Position numbers and translations under genes: made by a program. 62,525 nucleotides of DNA from Carcharhinus longimanus (lineage: Eukaryota): positions 44,466,608-44,529,132 of the forward strand of contig JASCQW010000133.1 of assembly GCA_030264375.1 (NCBI GenBank). Reading direction: 5' to 3'. Each line of letters begins with the position of its first letter. The first letter of the stretch is position 1. A model generated the notes under the pieces. The model searched no databases. It was given only the letters and a program-made list of their open reading frames with translations, and was not told the origin of the DNA. Shown in pieces: positions 13,811 through 25,279 of this stretch.

Positions 13811-14502
13811 ATGTAACGTACATACAGAAATTGGCCATTTGGTCATGGTGTTTTATGCTCCACACAAGCATGCTCCCATCCCTTTTTCCATAATCTACTC
13901 TTTACTTTCTTGTGTGTTTATCTAATTTCCCTTAGAAATCAGAGGGAAGAAGAAAAATTGGGATTTTTAGCCTTGATGAGTGAATTTTTTGGTTAGAAAA
14001 CCAGTCTGCAGAAATTATTTCCAGCTAAATTATAAGATTAGGGCGCAGCAGGCAGGTTCAAAGTAGGAAAAGGCAAATCAAGGACTAATATCAGGAAGAT
14101 CTTAAACAAAGTGATCAACACAGAGAATGGAATTCTGGCTGGTGTCGTGGAGGTAGAAATCATGAAAAGAAACATTGGATGATGCATTGGGGTTGAACAT
14201 TGGAGGGCTAATCTGGATGTTCGACTGAAACTGGGTTAAACTGGTACTTATTTTCTGATCACTGTAATGAGGATTAGCATTTGTGGCACCATATCAGATG
14301 TGCACAAATGCAGCTCCAATTTAGAAGTGAAACTGAGCATCAAGAACATTAGCAATAAGCTGGAAAGTATAATGGTGCCTTTTACACTACAGGTGCCAGT
14401 TTGACACCTGCACCTATTTTGAAGAAGTGAGAATTCCAATAGTTCTATAACAAAGTGAATCTCTGTATGGCACCTGTAATGCAAGTACAGAACTCTACTC
14501 AC

Positions 14503-14508
14503 CAGCGC
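14503..14508 (-). other. Candidate 6-nt microexon (GCGCTG)
   Basis: The minus strand reads 'gctaaacttaaaattttactgcctttcag|GCGCTG|gtgagtag': consensus donor, pyrimidine tract containing TGC, and a frame-preserving length. Confidence 0.4.
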
Positions 14509-14597
14509 CTGAAAGGCAGTAAAATTTTAAGTTTAGCTAACAGGTTGTTGTGTCGATTGCTCTTTGGCAATATAGAAAACGTAAGGGGCAATTAATT

Positions 14598-14760
14598 AGA
14601 CTTTAACATCTCATCTGAAAGATGGCATCTCAGGCATTGTTGTACATCCTATTGCACTGGAGGATCAGCCTAGATTTTTATGCTCAGGTTCTGGAATGGG
14701 ATGTGAACCCACAACAATCTGATTCAAAGGCAAGAGAGCTACCAATTGAGCCATGACTGG
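14598..14760 (-). mobile_element. DeuSINE-like SINE 5' part (tRNA-derived head)
   Basis: 'tttaacatctcatctgaaagatggca...tcagcctagatttttatgctcagg...gaacccacaacaatctgattcaaaggcaagagagctaccaattgagcca'. Confidence 0.65.
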
Positions 14761-17310
14761 CATAGCCCATATACCCTGCGCTCTTAATCTGAATGCAGCA
14801 CTATTTACCATTATATTAATGCAGATGAGTATAACTGGTCAGTTAATCAACCTAAACTTACTGTGCTTGGAAGGTCAGATATTTGACATGATTTGAACTC
14901 AGATCAACTTCAGTTTCTTAACTATCACCGAATCCAGAGATGGTTCCGTCAGTACCAAAATCAATCAAGCCACCGAAGGTGCCTATGCTTTCTAAATTCT
15001 TGCAGAGATGGACATGAAAATTAGATAGTTGACCTACTTTGTGAAGAAAGTGTTTAAGCTCAACTCATCCAGTGTCGATACTCAACTATCAACTCTCATA
15101 AAACTAACAACAATTAAATGCATTTGATGTTTTTTCCACTTTCTCTGCTTTAAAGGCAAACCAAGTAGTGGTCCCCATAAAGGTTAGTAAACTTGGTGAT
15201 AATTTTGTAGCATCTTTCAAAAACAGAGGATAATGTTAAACAGGTACAAATGATAGTTGGGCATTATTAGAATTTGGTGGCCATTTCTGAAAGTAGCCAA
15301 TCCAGAGGTACAACCATAAAAGCAGACCTCTATCACCTGCTGCTGTGCACCACTCCTCCAGTTTGCCAGATAAATAACAGGTTTCCTTCCTGACAACAAA
15401 ATTGAGTCCAGACTCTTGTGCTGGGTTTATAAATCAGTCCAACAGGATAGGGAAAGTAAGAGCAAGATTAAATTTACAGGTAGAAAAATTATAAACTTGC
15501 TAATTACGCATCACAATGCTGGAGGAAGGGAGCAACTCCTTATAGAAACATATTGATTGAAAAGTGAAGGGTGAGGGAAAACATTTTAGCAGATAACACC
15601 TAACTTGATAATAGGCAAGGGATCTGTAATGTTGGCTGTAGTTCAAGAACGTATCTTTTCAATGGAAATCATCTTGCATACTAATTGCTTTATTGGATAA
15701 TACAAGAGTGCTGTCACCTTACATTTTCATGTTTGTCAGTCACGATTTTAGCTACCAAAACATCTATAGGTTTTATCTCCAGGCATTGCAAACTTTTGAC
15801 AATGTTTAAAATGAATCAATGATTTGTTGAAGTGACACCAAAGGTGTTGTTTTGGTGTAGAATTTGAGGTCTACTTGACATCAATCATAAATTGACAATA
15901 CTGTCAAGTTTCATGTCAGAGCACCACACTCTGATAAAAGGTCTGCCATGGTTCTTAAATAGTTATACAAATTGACACAATTGGGAGTGTCTGACCATAT
16001 TTGAGAAATTGACAAAGAGAAGAGAACTTACCTTGACTACCTATCATCATCTCAAAAATATCCAGGGATTTTCACAGCACTGTTGCTGAATAATAAGACT
16101 GGCAGCTGCAACACCACTTCAACAAAAACAGAGCATAAATGTTGCTTAAAGGGCAAATGTGTCATGTGTTTGTTACCAAGAGATTATCACTTTGCTTAGG
16201 TTTCTTTATAGAAAATACAAAGCTCTCATGACAGCTTCTTTGGATCTGTGTGATAAGAAGCACGATCAAAACAAAATTCTGGGAAGCGAAAACCAGGTGG
16301 CAGATTGGTCTTTGTGCTATTCATCACTCATCCCTACCAATTCTCAACTTTTTTGGGGGTGTGGATAAAGCTGAGCTATCCTATCTTAAGTACTTAACTC
16401 TTCACAGACTTGTCAAAATGACTTTAATTCATTCATGGGATATGGGCATCATTGCCAATGTCAACACTGAACATCCCTAAATCCCTTCGAAAAGGTGGTG
16501 ACAGATAAAGATGTTGTGACATTTTATAGCACTTTCCATGGTTGTACTTGAAGGACCAAGTCAAAGGACTGTGAAGATGCTGCAAACTTACACTAAAAGA
16601 ATTAAGGAATAGTGTTCTAGACTATTTTCTGAGACCTGAAAGTCACTGCATAAAACAAAAAGAAAATCTCAGCCCTGGTTGATCTCATCAGAGGTTGTGG
16701 AACAAATTGGAAAGCCCCTTCTGACAACATGGTTGAAATTAGCAACAGCAATCTTCTGATTCGAATGGCACAGCTCTACACATCAATTTTTTTGCAAAAC
16801 GATTTGTAAAGTTTAATTTATATCATCTGATGTGCATCATTCTGCGTCTACTGTTTGTTTTGACAATTAACCCACAATTGATTTATCTTACTTATCCTGT
16901 ACAGAATAGAAACAGTAGTGACTGTACTCCTCTGTGGTGAACTATATTGGTTCTGGCAGCTTCTGTTGGTGGCAAGGCAGAGATTCTTGTAATTTAAGAA
17001 ATTATAGGTGTTAGTCCATGCCCCATTTGTCTACGGTGCCATGTCAGAAGACTCTGATGTGCAATGAGGCAACTTTATTTTAAAGAAACAGTGCTTGTCC
17101 AGATAATTGCAATTGAAAAAATCCTATGATTTGAGCTTGAAGTTTATTTGTCATACATCTGTTAGCTAAGCAACATATAATGTGCTTTCGCATGCACAAT
17201 AGCACGTGACAATTCTTCTTTTCTGTAAGATGGGATAAAAATGCAAGTACTGTTCAGGCTTCTCACAGCAGAACATGCATTCAAGCAGGGGCTCCAAAAT
17301 TCAATAATCT

Positions 17311-17633
17311 GGGCTGCATAGTGGCACAGTGGTTAGCACTGCTGCCTCACAGTGCCAGAAACACAGGTTCGATTTTCGGCTTGGATCACTATCTGTGTGG
17401 AATTTGTACATTCTCCCCGTGTGTGCGTGGGTTTCCTCCAGGTGCTTCAGTTTCCTCCCACAGTCCGAAGACATGTGGGTTAGATTGATTGGCCGTGCTA
17501 AATTGACCCTAGTGTCAGGAGGATTAGCACAGTAAATATGTGGGATTACGGGAATAGGGCCCAGGTGGGATTGTGGTCAATGCAGACTCGATGGGCCAAA
17601 CGACCTTCTTCTGCACTATAGGGATTATATGAA
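17311..17633 (+). mobile_element. HE1-type V-SINE, near full length
   Basis: 'gtggcacagtggttagcactgctgcctcacag...ggttcgatt' head, V-domain, and CR1-like tail. Confidence 0.92.
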
Positions 17634-18266
17634 TCTGCTTAGATCAGATTTTAAAAACTAATGATCAACTACAGTAGTTCTACATTACCACACAAATCTT
17701 GAGGACAGTGACAATTTCTGTTGTGTATATTGCCTTGCCATCAATTAAAAGCTGTCAGAAACAGTATGTTTTACGACAGAGGAGAACAGCCACAACTATT
17801 TTTCCTTCTACATGGTCTAGATAAGATAAATTGGCTGTGGGTTAATTGTCAAAACCAGGTCAAGTTAACCAAATTTTTTTCAGATAATTTTAGACTCCAA
17901 ATTGACATTAAATTCTATTGGCTCGTCAAGTGTTGGTTCTTGATTTGGATAAGCAGAAAATTCCAATGAGAAGTCCAATATCAGGGTCAACATGATGTGT
18001 TTTGTAGTACCCAGTTCATGCAAGAGTGACAACATGGAAGAGAGGTAGGCAGGCAGAAACTTAAAACAAAATGAAAAATATTATTAGTTCACAGCTGCAA
18101 TATATTAAAAAAAATTGCCATGTGCCATGTGGAAGGAAGGAAGGTAGAAAAGGAGACAAGAAGGAAGTTTTATTTTAAAAGGAAACAAGAAAAATCACAT
18201 AACTGTATCAAGCAGTGACAGTGAAATTTGAACCATGTACATTCCAATTTCCATTTGGCATGGATT

Positions 18267-18433
18267 CAAAAGCAAAATACCGCAGATGCTGGAAATCAGA
18301 ATAAAGACAGAAAATGCTGGAAATACTCTGGTCTGGCAGCATCTGTGAAGAAAAAGAACAGGAAATAGGTTGATTCTCTCTCCATAGATGCTGCCAGACC
18401 TGATTATCTCCAGTGTTTCCTGTTTTTATTTCA
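18267..18433. mobile_element. Palindromic Penelope-like terminal relic (family B)
   Basis: Inverted arms 'aataaagacagaaaatgctggaaatactctggtctggcagcatctgtg' and 'catagatgctgccagacctgattatctccagtgtttcctgtttttatt'. Related copies lie at ~9595-9790, 11355-11458, 24318-24452, 28515-28650, 46543-46614 and 52760-52872. Confidence 0.7.
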
Positions 18434-19687
18434 TTTGGAATGGGCTCGAAATTAATTTTGATCACATTTCATGTGGAAGGACAAATTTTGTGAACTACAG
18501 CGCAGTTACAACATACTGAAATCATACTGTTATCTTCTAAACTGCTGCCCATGCTACATTGGAGAATATAAGCACAAAAGCAAGAGCATTATATCATGAA
18601 TTTCAGTGTAAGTACGCTGCTGAGTGTTATTTTCCCCTTCTGTCCAAAACTACCCATTAAGTTTACATCATTGCTAATTCTTATTTTGTAGCTGTTCCAG
18701 TGTGCCATTTCTGTAATTCCATTCACTGCTCTTGCTTTGCTTTTCCATAATAGCTGCAACTGTCTGCTTACTTATTCTGACTCCTCTATACATAGTCTCA
18801 ACTCAATCACTAACTCCACCATTTAAAGCAAAACATTAACCCACCCATGGTCACAATACTTGCATACTTGGCATAATTACTGAAACACTGTCAAATACAG
18901 CAGTCAGCAACACAATATTGAAAATCCCAAGCATTAGCATTGCAAACTGGCAAATTTCCAAGAACATGATACCAATCACAGAAGCACTGCACAATACACT
19001 TACAATGTACTATCAATTAATTTAGTTTCTTAACTCATTTCACTTCATGATGGTTCCTTCTTGTCTGCTACCATTAACGTTTCAACAGTTACAATTGTCT
19101 TTTGATCTCAGAAGCTCATAAGCTATGTGCTTTACATAGACAATCTGGAGGAGGGGACCGAGTGTAGGGTAACAAAGTTTGCTGATGACACGAAGATGAG
19201 TGGAAAAGCGAATTGCGTGGAGGACGCGGAAAGTCTNNNNNNNNNNNNNNNNNNNNNNNNNNNNNNNNNNNNNNNNNNNNNNNNNNNNNNNNNNNNNNNN
19301 NNNNNNNNNNNNNNNNNNNNNNNNNNNNNNNNNNNNCCACCATGTGTTTGCAAAGCTGGCAAAATAGTATGGGAAGTACTTGACGTTAAAGATGGTGGAG
19401 TTGTGAATATGAAGCTGGTGCAAAGGGAAATGATAGCTTAATGAAATGAGAAACAGTGCTGAATGCTTAGGCAAAGATGCATAGAGGTACACAGACATTA
19501 CAGCTCAGGTACAGATCTTTCAGCTGGTGGACAGCCTGTCAGTGTCTGTAGAATAGAGATGGTGAATATATTACAGTGAAGCAGATACGCAGCAATCCAT
19601 TATCAGAAAACTGCACTTTCACCTTTTGCATCTGCCGCTTTGACTTCAATCTGATGTTCCTGAGGGTTTCTCAGGTCCCCAAACCAA

Positions 19688-20025
19688 GGTGGCACGGTGG
19701 CACAGTGGTTAGCACTGCTGCCTCACAGCACCAGGGACCCGGGTTCGATTCCGGCCTGGGGGTGACAGTCTGTGCAGAGTTTGCACATTCTTCCCATGTC
19801 TGCATAGGTTTCCTCCAGATGCTCCGGTTTCCTCCCATGCTCAAAAGACATGCGGATTGGCTGTGCTAAATTGCCCCTTAGTGTCCCAAGATGTGTAGAT
19901 TAACTGGATTAGCAGATGCATAAGATTACAGGGATAGGAGAGTAGTGGGTAAGATACTCTCAGACAGTCGGTGCAGACGCAATGGGCCGAATGGCCTCCT
20001 CTGCATTGTGGGGATTCTATGATTG
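19688..20025 (+). mobile_element. HE1-type V-SINE in the intron after the first coding exon of ACE2 (antisense to the gene)
   Basis: Well-preserved head 'ggcacggtggcacagtggttagcactgctgcctcacagcaccagggacccgggttcgattcc', V-domain, and tail 'gggccgaatggcctcctctgcattgtgggattctatgatt'. Confidence 0.93.
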
Positions 20026-20059
20026 TATGAAATAAGGCCACAGTTGTCACCGTACTCAC

Positions 20060-20242
20060 CATTTCCAAGGCATTTTCTTCGGTGATGTTGATGTTATAAT
20101 TCCATGATGCCACTGAGGACTTGTAGACCAGATCAACGGCCTGTTTGTTAAAATTGTCCAAGAAGTTTTGGGCTTCTTGGTCTGGAGTCAGGGAGAATGC
20201 AGCTGTCGTCAAGCCCAGGACACACAGCCCGTACGCAAACAT
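20060..20242 (-). CDS. ACE2: Angiotensin-converting enzyme 2, first coding exon (183 nt, 61 aa: signal peptide and N-terminal helix)
   Basis: [61 protein letters not shown] aligns without gaps to human ACE2 ([40 protein letters not shown], recalled). It has a hydrophobic signal peptide, A at -3, and a phase-0 donor ATG|gtgagt at the position of the human intron. The rest of the listed 133-aa ORF is intron/SINE read-through. Confidence 0.93.
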
Positions 20243-20269
20243 TCTTCTCCCCGTTCAGAGAGTCCTCAA

Positions 20270-20430
20270 CTGAGGCTTATCTTTCTTAGAACGCCCGTTT
20301 AAATCAGCTCCTATCGCAGTGGCCTTTGAACAAGGAATTAAGTCAAAGAAGATAACACTTTGGATATGCCCTCGGACAGATAAATGGTAACTATACGCTG
20401 AAGTGATAAGTTGAATAATATTAACTCTTA
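20270..20430 (-). promoter_or_regulatory. Putative ACE2 proximal promoter
   Basis: Four WGATAA motifs (20277-82, 20350-55, 20378-83, 20404-09), a DR1/HNF4-like TGTTCA-A-AGGCCA (20320-32), an HNF1 half-site GTTAAT (20420-25) and a TATA-like ATTTAAA (20298-304), all within 190 bp of the ATG. Confidence 0.55.
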
Positions 20431-20544
20431 ATTCAATGAAGCACATTTTCACATGCAAGGTCTGAAGGTAACCATTCATTTGGGAATATTTTGCAAGGCA
20501 TTCAATTCACTAAATCAGAAAGTGGTACGTCCTTGCAAGATCAC

Positions 20545-21555
20545 GGAAGGTGCGCTTCATTGGCCAAGCCCAGCATTTATTTCCCATCCCTAATTACCTT
20601 AGAGAAGATGGGGGTGAGCTGCCTTTCTGAACGGCTGCAGCCCATGTGGTGCAGGTACACCCACACTGCTGTTAAGGTGGGAGCTCCGGCTCCCAGAAGG
20701 AAAAAACAGTTCCGACGATTATTCTCATTTCCCCGTTTTACTGTTTATTTTCCCCGTCTGGGAGGATTTTGACTGCAAAGGAAGGAAGATATATTGCCAA
20801 GTCAGAATGGTGAATCATAGATCATTGAATCCCTACAGTGCAGGAGGAGGCCATTTGGCCCATCAAGTCATCCAGGCCCTATCCCCAGAACGCCATGCAT
20901 TTACGCGAGCTAGTGCCCCTGACACTGAGGGTCCATTTAGTGTGGCCAATCAACCAAACATGCACATCTTAGGCTGTGGGAGGAAATGGGAGCACCCAGA
21001 GGAAACCCACGCAGACATGGGAAGAACTTGCAAACGTCACACAGACAGTAGCCCAAGGCCAGGATCCGGTTCCCTGGCACTGTGAGGCAGCTGTGCTAAC
21101 CACTGTGCCACCGTGCTGCCCATGAGTGGCTTTGAGGGGAAGCTCCAGATGGTGGTGTTCCCAGATGCCTGCTATCCTTGTCCTGTCAAAGCATGGGTTT
21201 GGAAGGTGCTTTCTAAGAAGAAGGTGCATTGCTGCAGCGCGTCAGTTTTGGGGGACTGAATGTTTAAGGTACACACTGCTGCCACTGCACGTTGGTGAGG
21301 GAGGGAGTAGTGAGGCAGGTGGTGGATGTGGTGCCAGTCAAATGGCCTGCTTTGTCAGGGAAGGTGTCGAGCTTCTTGAGTGTTACTGGAGCTGCACCCA
21401 TCCAGGCAAGTGGAGAGTACTCCATCACACTCCTGTCCACTTGTTCTGACTGTCACAGTATGGAATGATATTGCAGTGGGTGAGACATGAGCAAGCAGAT
21501 TTTTAAAATTCATTTGTGAGACATGGGCATCGCTGGCCAGCATTTATTGCCCATT
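20545..21555 (-). mobile_element. CR1/L2-group LINE 3' fragment interrupted by an HE1 SINE (20813-21121, minus strand) and a 75-bp fold-back insert
   Basis: Tail 'cagcatttatttcccatccctaattaccttagagaagatgg' with RT C-terminal remnants (VRSVMEYSPLAWMGAAPVTLKKLDT). Same family as 30200-31725. Confidence 0.8.
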
Positions 21556-23509
21556 AAGTCACGAGTAGAAAGATTTCTGATTGATAAGGGAATTAAGGGT
21601 TATGGGGAGCAGGCGGGTAAATGGAACTGATCCACTTCAGATCAGCCACGATCTTACTGAATGGCGGGGCAGGCTCGAGGGGCTAGATGGCCTAGTCCTG
21701 CTCCTATTTCTTATGTTCTTATGCTTTTGCCAATTTAGACTACTTTCACACAGTGGCTGATTAGTAGAAAAATGGTTAATGGTCTATATTACAGCCATCT
21801 TGAAGACCTATGAATACCTGGTAGAAACATCATTGGAGATCCACTAGAACAATGGGATGTTCCACAAGCTCTGCCTTTGGCGCCACATTCCCACTAAGGC
21901 ACCATCTCCCACTCCTGTCAATTCTGATACAATTTGCACTTTTGCTGATAATCTGACAACTGTAAGCTTGAGCACACTTGGCAAACATGTAGTCAAATGT
22001 CTGCAAATCTGGCCAAACCGCGTTAAGTTCTACTTTGCTTCACACTCCTCAGCCAAATCTAAATAATTCTGGATCATCCTGGAAGGCAAGCATTTACTGC
22101 ACTTTTTCTCCATGATAAACTGCCTCTTTGGACCTTTTAGCCTCTCTCCCCCCATTCACCCCTGCCCATTCTCACCTTCAATGATAAATCTAAAGAATTC
22201 TGTAAACGTTTTCATCGCTTTCATCTACATGTTTGTGTAATTTTAATCAGCAGAACAACTTTAATGCAAGAAAACAATTTATTGTAATTAAAATAACTAT
22301 TTTCACTCAACCAAAGGCAACAACCCTGAACTGATTGATTAACATTTTTGTTTTTAACTTTGTAAAAACACTTTACAGTTGATTTTAACTGTTTCTGACT
22401 TGATTGCAGTTTTGAAAAATCGGGGAGAAAAATATCAAAATTAAGGGGTTCTTAATTTTTAAATTAAAACAATAGTCACAAAATATATTAGGGCTGCACA
22501 GCTGTAATCTTGAATTACAGAACTGAAAGATATTGGTCAATAAGATCAGAATATGATAAAAACCTTACATCAATGATACACCATGAATCTCTTATCATGT
22601 ATGAATAGAATAATTCATATAGTAGGGTTATAGGCAGCATAAGATTTTGCAAATCATGACTGCTCCATGAGTAAAGTATAATTTTGTCACGTCGAGAGAA
22701 AACACATCATTTTTGTACTTGAATATGGAATAAAATGCTGCCTCAAATTGGCTGAGACCAGTTGAGTCAAATACCTAATGCTTTCTCCATTCGACTAGAA
22801 ATTTTATTTGTAAAAGATCCACAGGTGATTTGCAGTTCATAGCCAATGTCACTATTATCCCATTTAAAAATAGCTCATAGCCACAACAACAGTTCTCTAT
22901 GCTATATCACAAGTGGTCAACTGACATCACAGCAAGATCTCCCAGCCAAATTTGTCCTTCTAGTAATCTTGATTAAAAACACAAAAGGGGGTAAACAGCT
23001 AACAATCTCCCAAAAATTAATCCATTTACAACTGAATTTTAAATAAAAATTTGAATCACGTCCAATGGGTCAACTGGCATAGAAAGCTGAATGACAGAGC
23101 AACTGATTAAAACAGCTTAAGCTATCATAAAGTAATGTTTCAGTAAAATCAATAAAAAGGTTCAAATACAAATAAAGTAAGTCCTCACTATAGGTTGTGA
23201 TTGTATTCTTGAAAATAGAGACTTTTTGTGAATTATGGCTTCCCATAGGAACCAATGTTAATGGTGAAGTGAGGTTCCAGACATTTCTTGCCCCAGAAAA
23301 ACCAAGCACAAGTTGAAATACTATATTATACATGTCCCAATCTGTGCACTGCTAGCTGAAATTATAGAATCATAGAATCTCTACAGTGCAGAAGGAGGCC
23401 ATTAGGCCCATCGAGTCTGCACCAACCATAAATGACTTGCAAAGCAAAATAAATTTTTACTAAATATTAAAAGAAATTCTACAAAAATTCAAATCAGTTA
23501 ACATTCACC

Positions 23510-23575
23510 AGTCTCTCTCTCTCTTCTAAGGCAGTCCCTTGGGTTTGGAGATGACATGCTTCAACTCCAGTTCCT
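23510..23575 (-). mobile_element. RTE-clade LINE 3' tail
   Basis: The minus strand reads 'ttgaagcatgtcatctccaaacccaagggactgccttagaagagagagag', resembling an RTE 3' end with a microsatellite tail. Confidence 0.5.
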
Positions 23576-23689
23576 TGGATTGGGGAGATGTCTTGCATCT
23601 TCTGGGAGGCCCCCAAAACATCCTGAAAGTGTTTCAGTGGAGGCGGTTTGGAATCATTTCAAGCCTCAAAGTTGGGCATTTTGACCTGG

Positions 23690-23870
23690 GGGGAATCCGC
23701 TGTTGTATCATCAGGGGAAGCCCAAGCACACTAGCAATATCAACTGCTCGTTTGCCAGTCTCAAGTTGTTTTAAAACATCCAATTTCTCTGCTAGGCTGA
23801 TAGCTTTTCTTGTTTTTTTGCAGCAGCAGGCACACTACCACCACTTATTCGGCATTTACTGTTCATGTTT
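23690..23870 (-). mobile_element. Tigger/pogo (Tc1-mariner) transposase relic, N-terminal CENP-B/psq-type HTH
   Basis: A minus-strand frame reads KKTRKAISLAEKLDVLKQLETGKRAVDIASVLGLP, the typical Tigger/TIGD N-terminal DNA-binding motif. There is an upstream stop and the sequence decays downstream. Confidence 0.75.
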
Positions 23871-25279
23871 ATAAGTGATTTATTGATCTCAATCACAGCA
23901 AAACTCAAAAATTTAATAAACCCTGGATTTGGATGTCTCTTTTAAATAAAGATTGATGCTGTTTTGAATACCGCACAGCTAACTAACAATGGCATCGACC
24001 CAACAGGACCCATACGATGCATGAAGGCAGCTGACATACACTGCACGAATGCCCCTTGTTGTTCAGTTTTGCTCCCACTGAGCACTGACCTGTTTTCCCA
24101 TCAACTCATTCTGTGATCCCTAAATAGTACCTTTGCTATTAACACTCTGCAGTCTCTGATGGCACCATTTACATCCCTTAGTTTCATGTCCATGACATCT
24201 TTGCCAATCTATCCTTTGCTCCACCCTATCACTGACTTTCCATTCCATACTTAACACACCCCATCCCTCTCACCACCACCTTTGCAGTATATGATTCATC
24301 ACATTTTTATCCCTTTTCAGTTCTGTAGAAGGGTCAATGGACTCTAAACATTAGCGTGTTTCTCTCTCCACAGATGCTGCTAGCCCTGCTGAGTTTATCC
24401 AGCATTTTCTGTTTTTATTTCAAATTTCCAGCAACAACATATTTTGCTATTATTTAACTACTCTTGTGGATTTGGTATAGAGATCAGAGGTATTGATTCC
24501 AGTCATGCTACTTGGCAGTCCAACTAGCCCATTGCTTTAAAACATAGACAGCATGTTCAGCAGAAATCCTTTCCATGCCCAGAGTAAAAAGCTTCTGGTT
24601 TGATCAGTTAAATCTCATTTTGTGTAATGAACCCCGAGACAAGCAAGTAGTTCGAGAATCCCATTAGAAATGAAATCTCATTACCAAGTACAAATGCCAA
24701 AATTAACTGAAATTAACAGCTTTAATTAACTGAAATTAACAAAATTAACAGCTTTAATGCTTGCATTATATTGTTATGAAATCACAGGGGCAGCAATGTC
24801 AACAAATGTTACAAGTACAAACCGCAATCAAATTTGAATGTAGTTTTAGATTTAACCTCCATTTCCCTTCCTTTCAATGTAAACAACACAACAAAGCAAC
24901 ATGGAATATTTTAACGAATTTTGGATCTGTGCTAGATGTTTAAACTCATAATTACCAATCTCACCTACAAGTGGATTCCACTTCTCATAGTCAGAAGTTT
25001 ACCTTCATATCCAATTCTGAAATGGCATAAAAAGAGACATTGCCGTGTGATGGAATATTGCACAATTATTTGTGCCTCCACTTGCATTTCTCCCACCTTT
25101 CTACAGGAATACTATGAAACTTAAGAAAGACAAAGTCATTATATACCAATGTATATATGTATTTTACATAAGATACAGGACAGAAAGGGCAGCCTTCAAT
25201 GCATTTTTTCTTGATTTTACTCTGCAAAATCAAAAATAATTATAAAAACAAAGACTTTGATAAAACAAAGACATTTCTA

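Noticed and set aside
15295-15343. Resemblance to ACE2 second coding exon (AAGDR-SAFYGCTSGLA versus NAGDKWSAF..EQSTLA)
   Set aside because: It needs two 1-bp insertions, has no proper acceptor, loses similarity immediately and lies across a 100-N gap. Likely chance; TBLASTN would settle it.
19065-19115. EIKRQL*LLKR/NGS, similar to the end of the ACE2 second coding exon
   Set aside because: In-frame stops, a frameshift, no splice sites and too short to be significant.
19841-20059. C-terminal 72 aa of the listed 133-aa ORF
   Set aside because: Read-through past the gtgagt donor into intron and HE1 SINE sequence.
24699-24760. Short repeats aaattaactgaaattaacagcttt (similar at 52610-52675)
   Set aside because: Simple AT-rich slippage duplications with no spacer structure, so not CRISPR-like.
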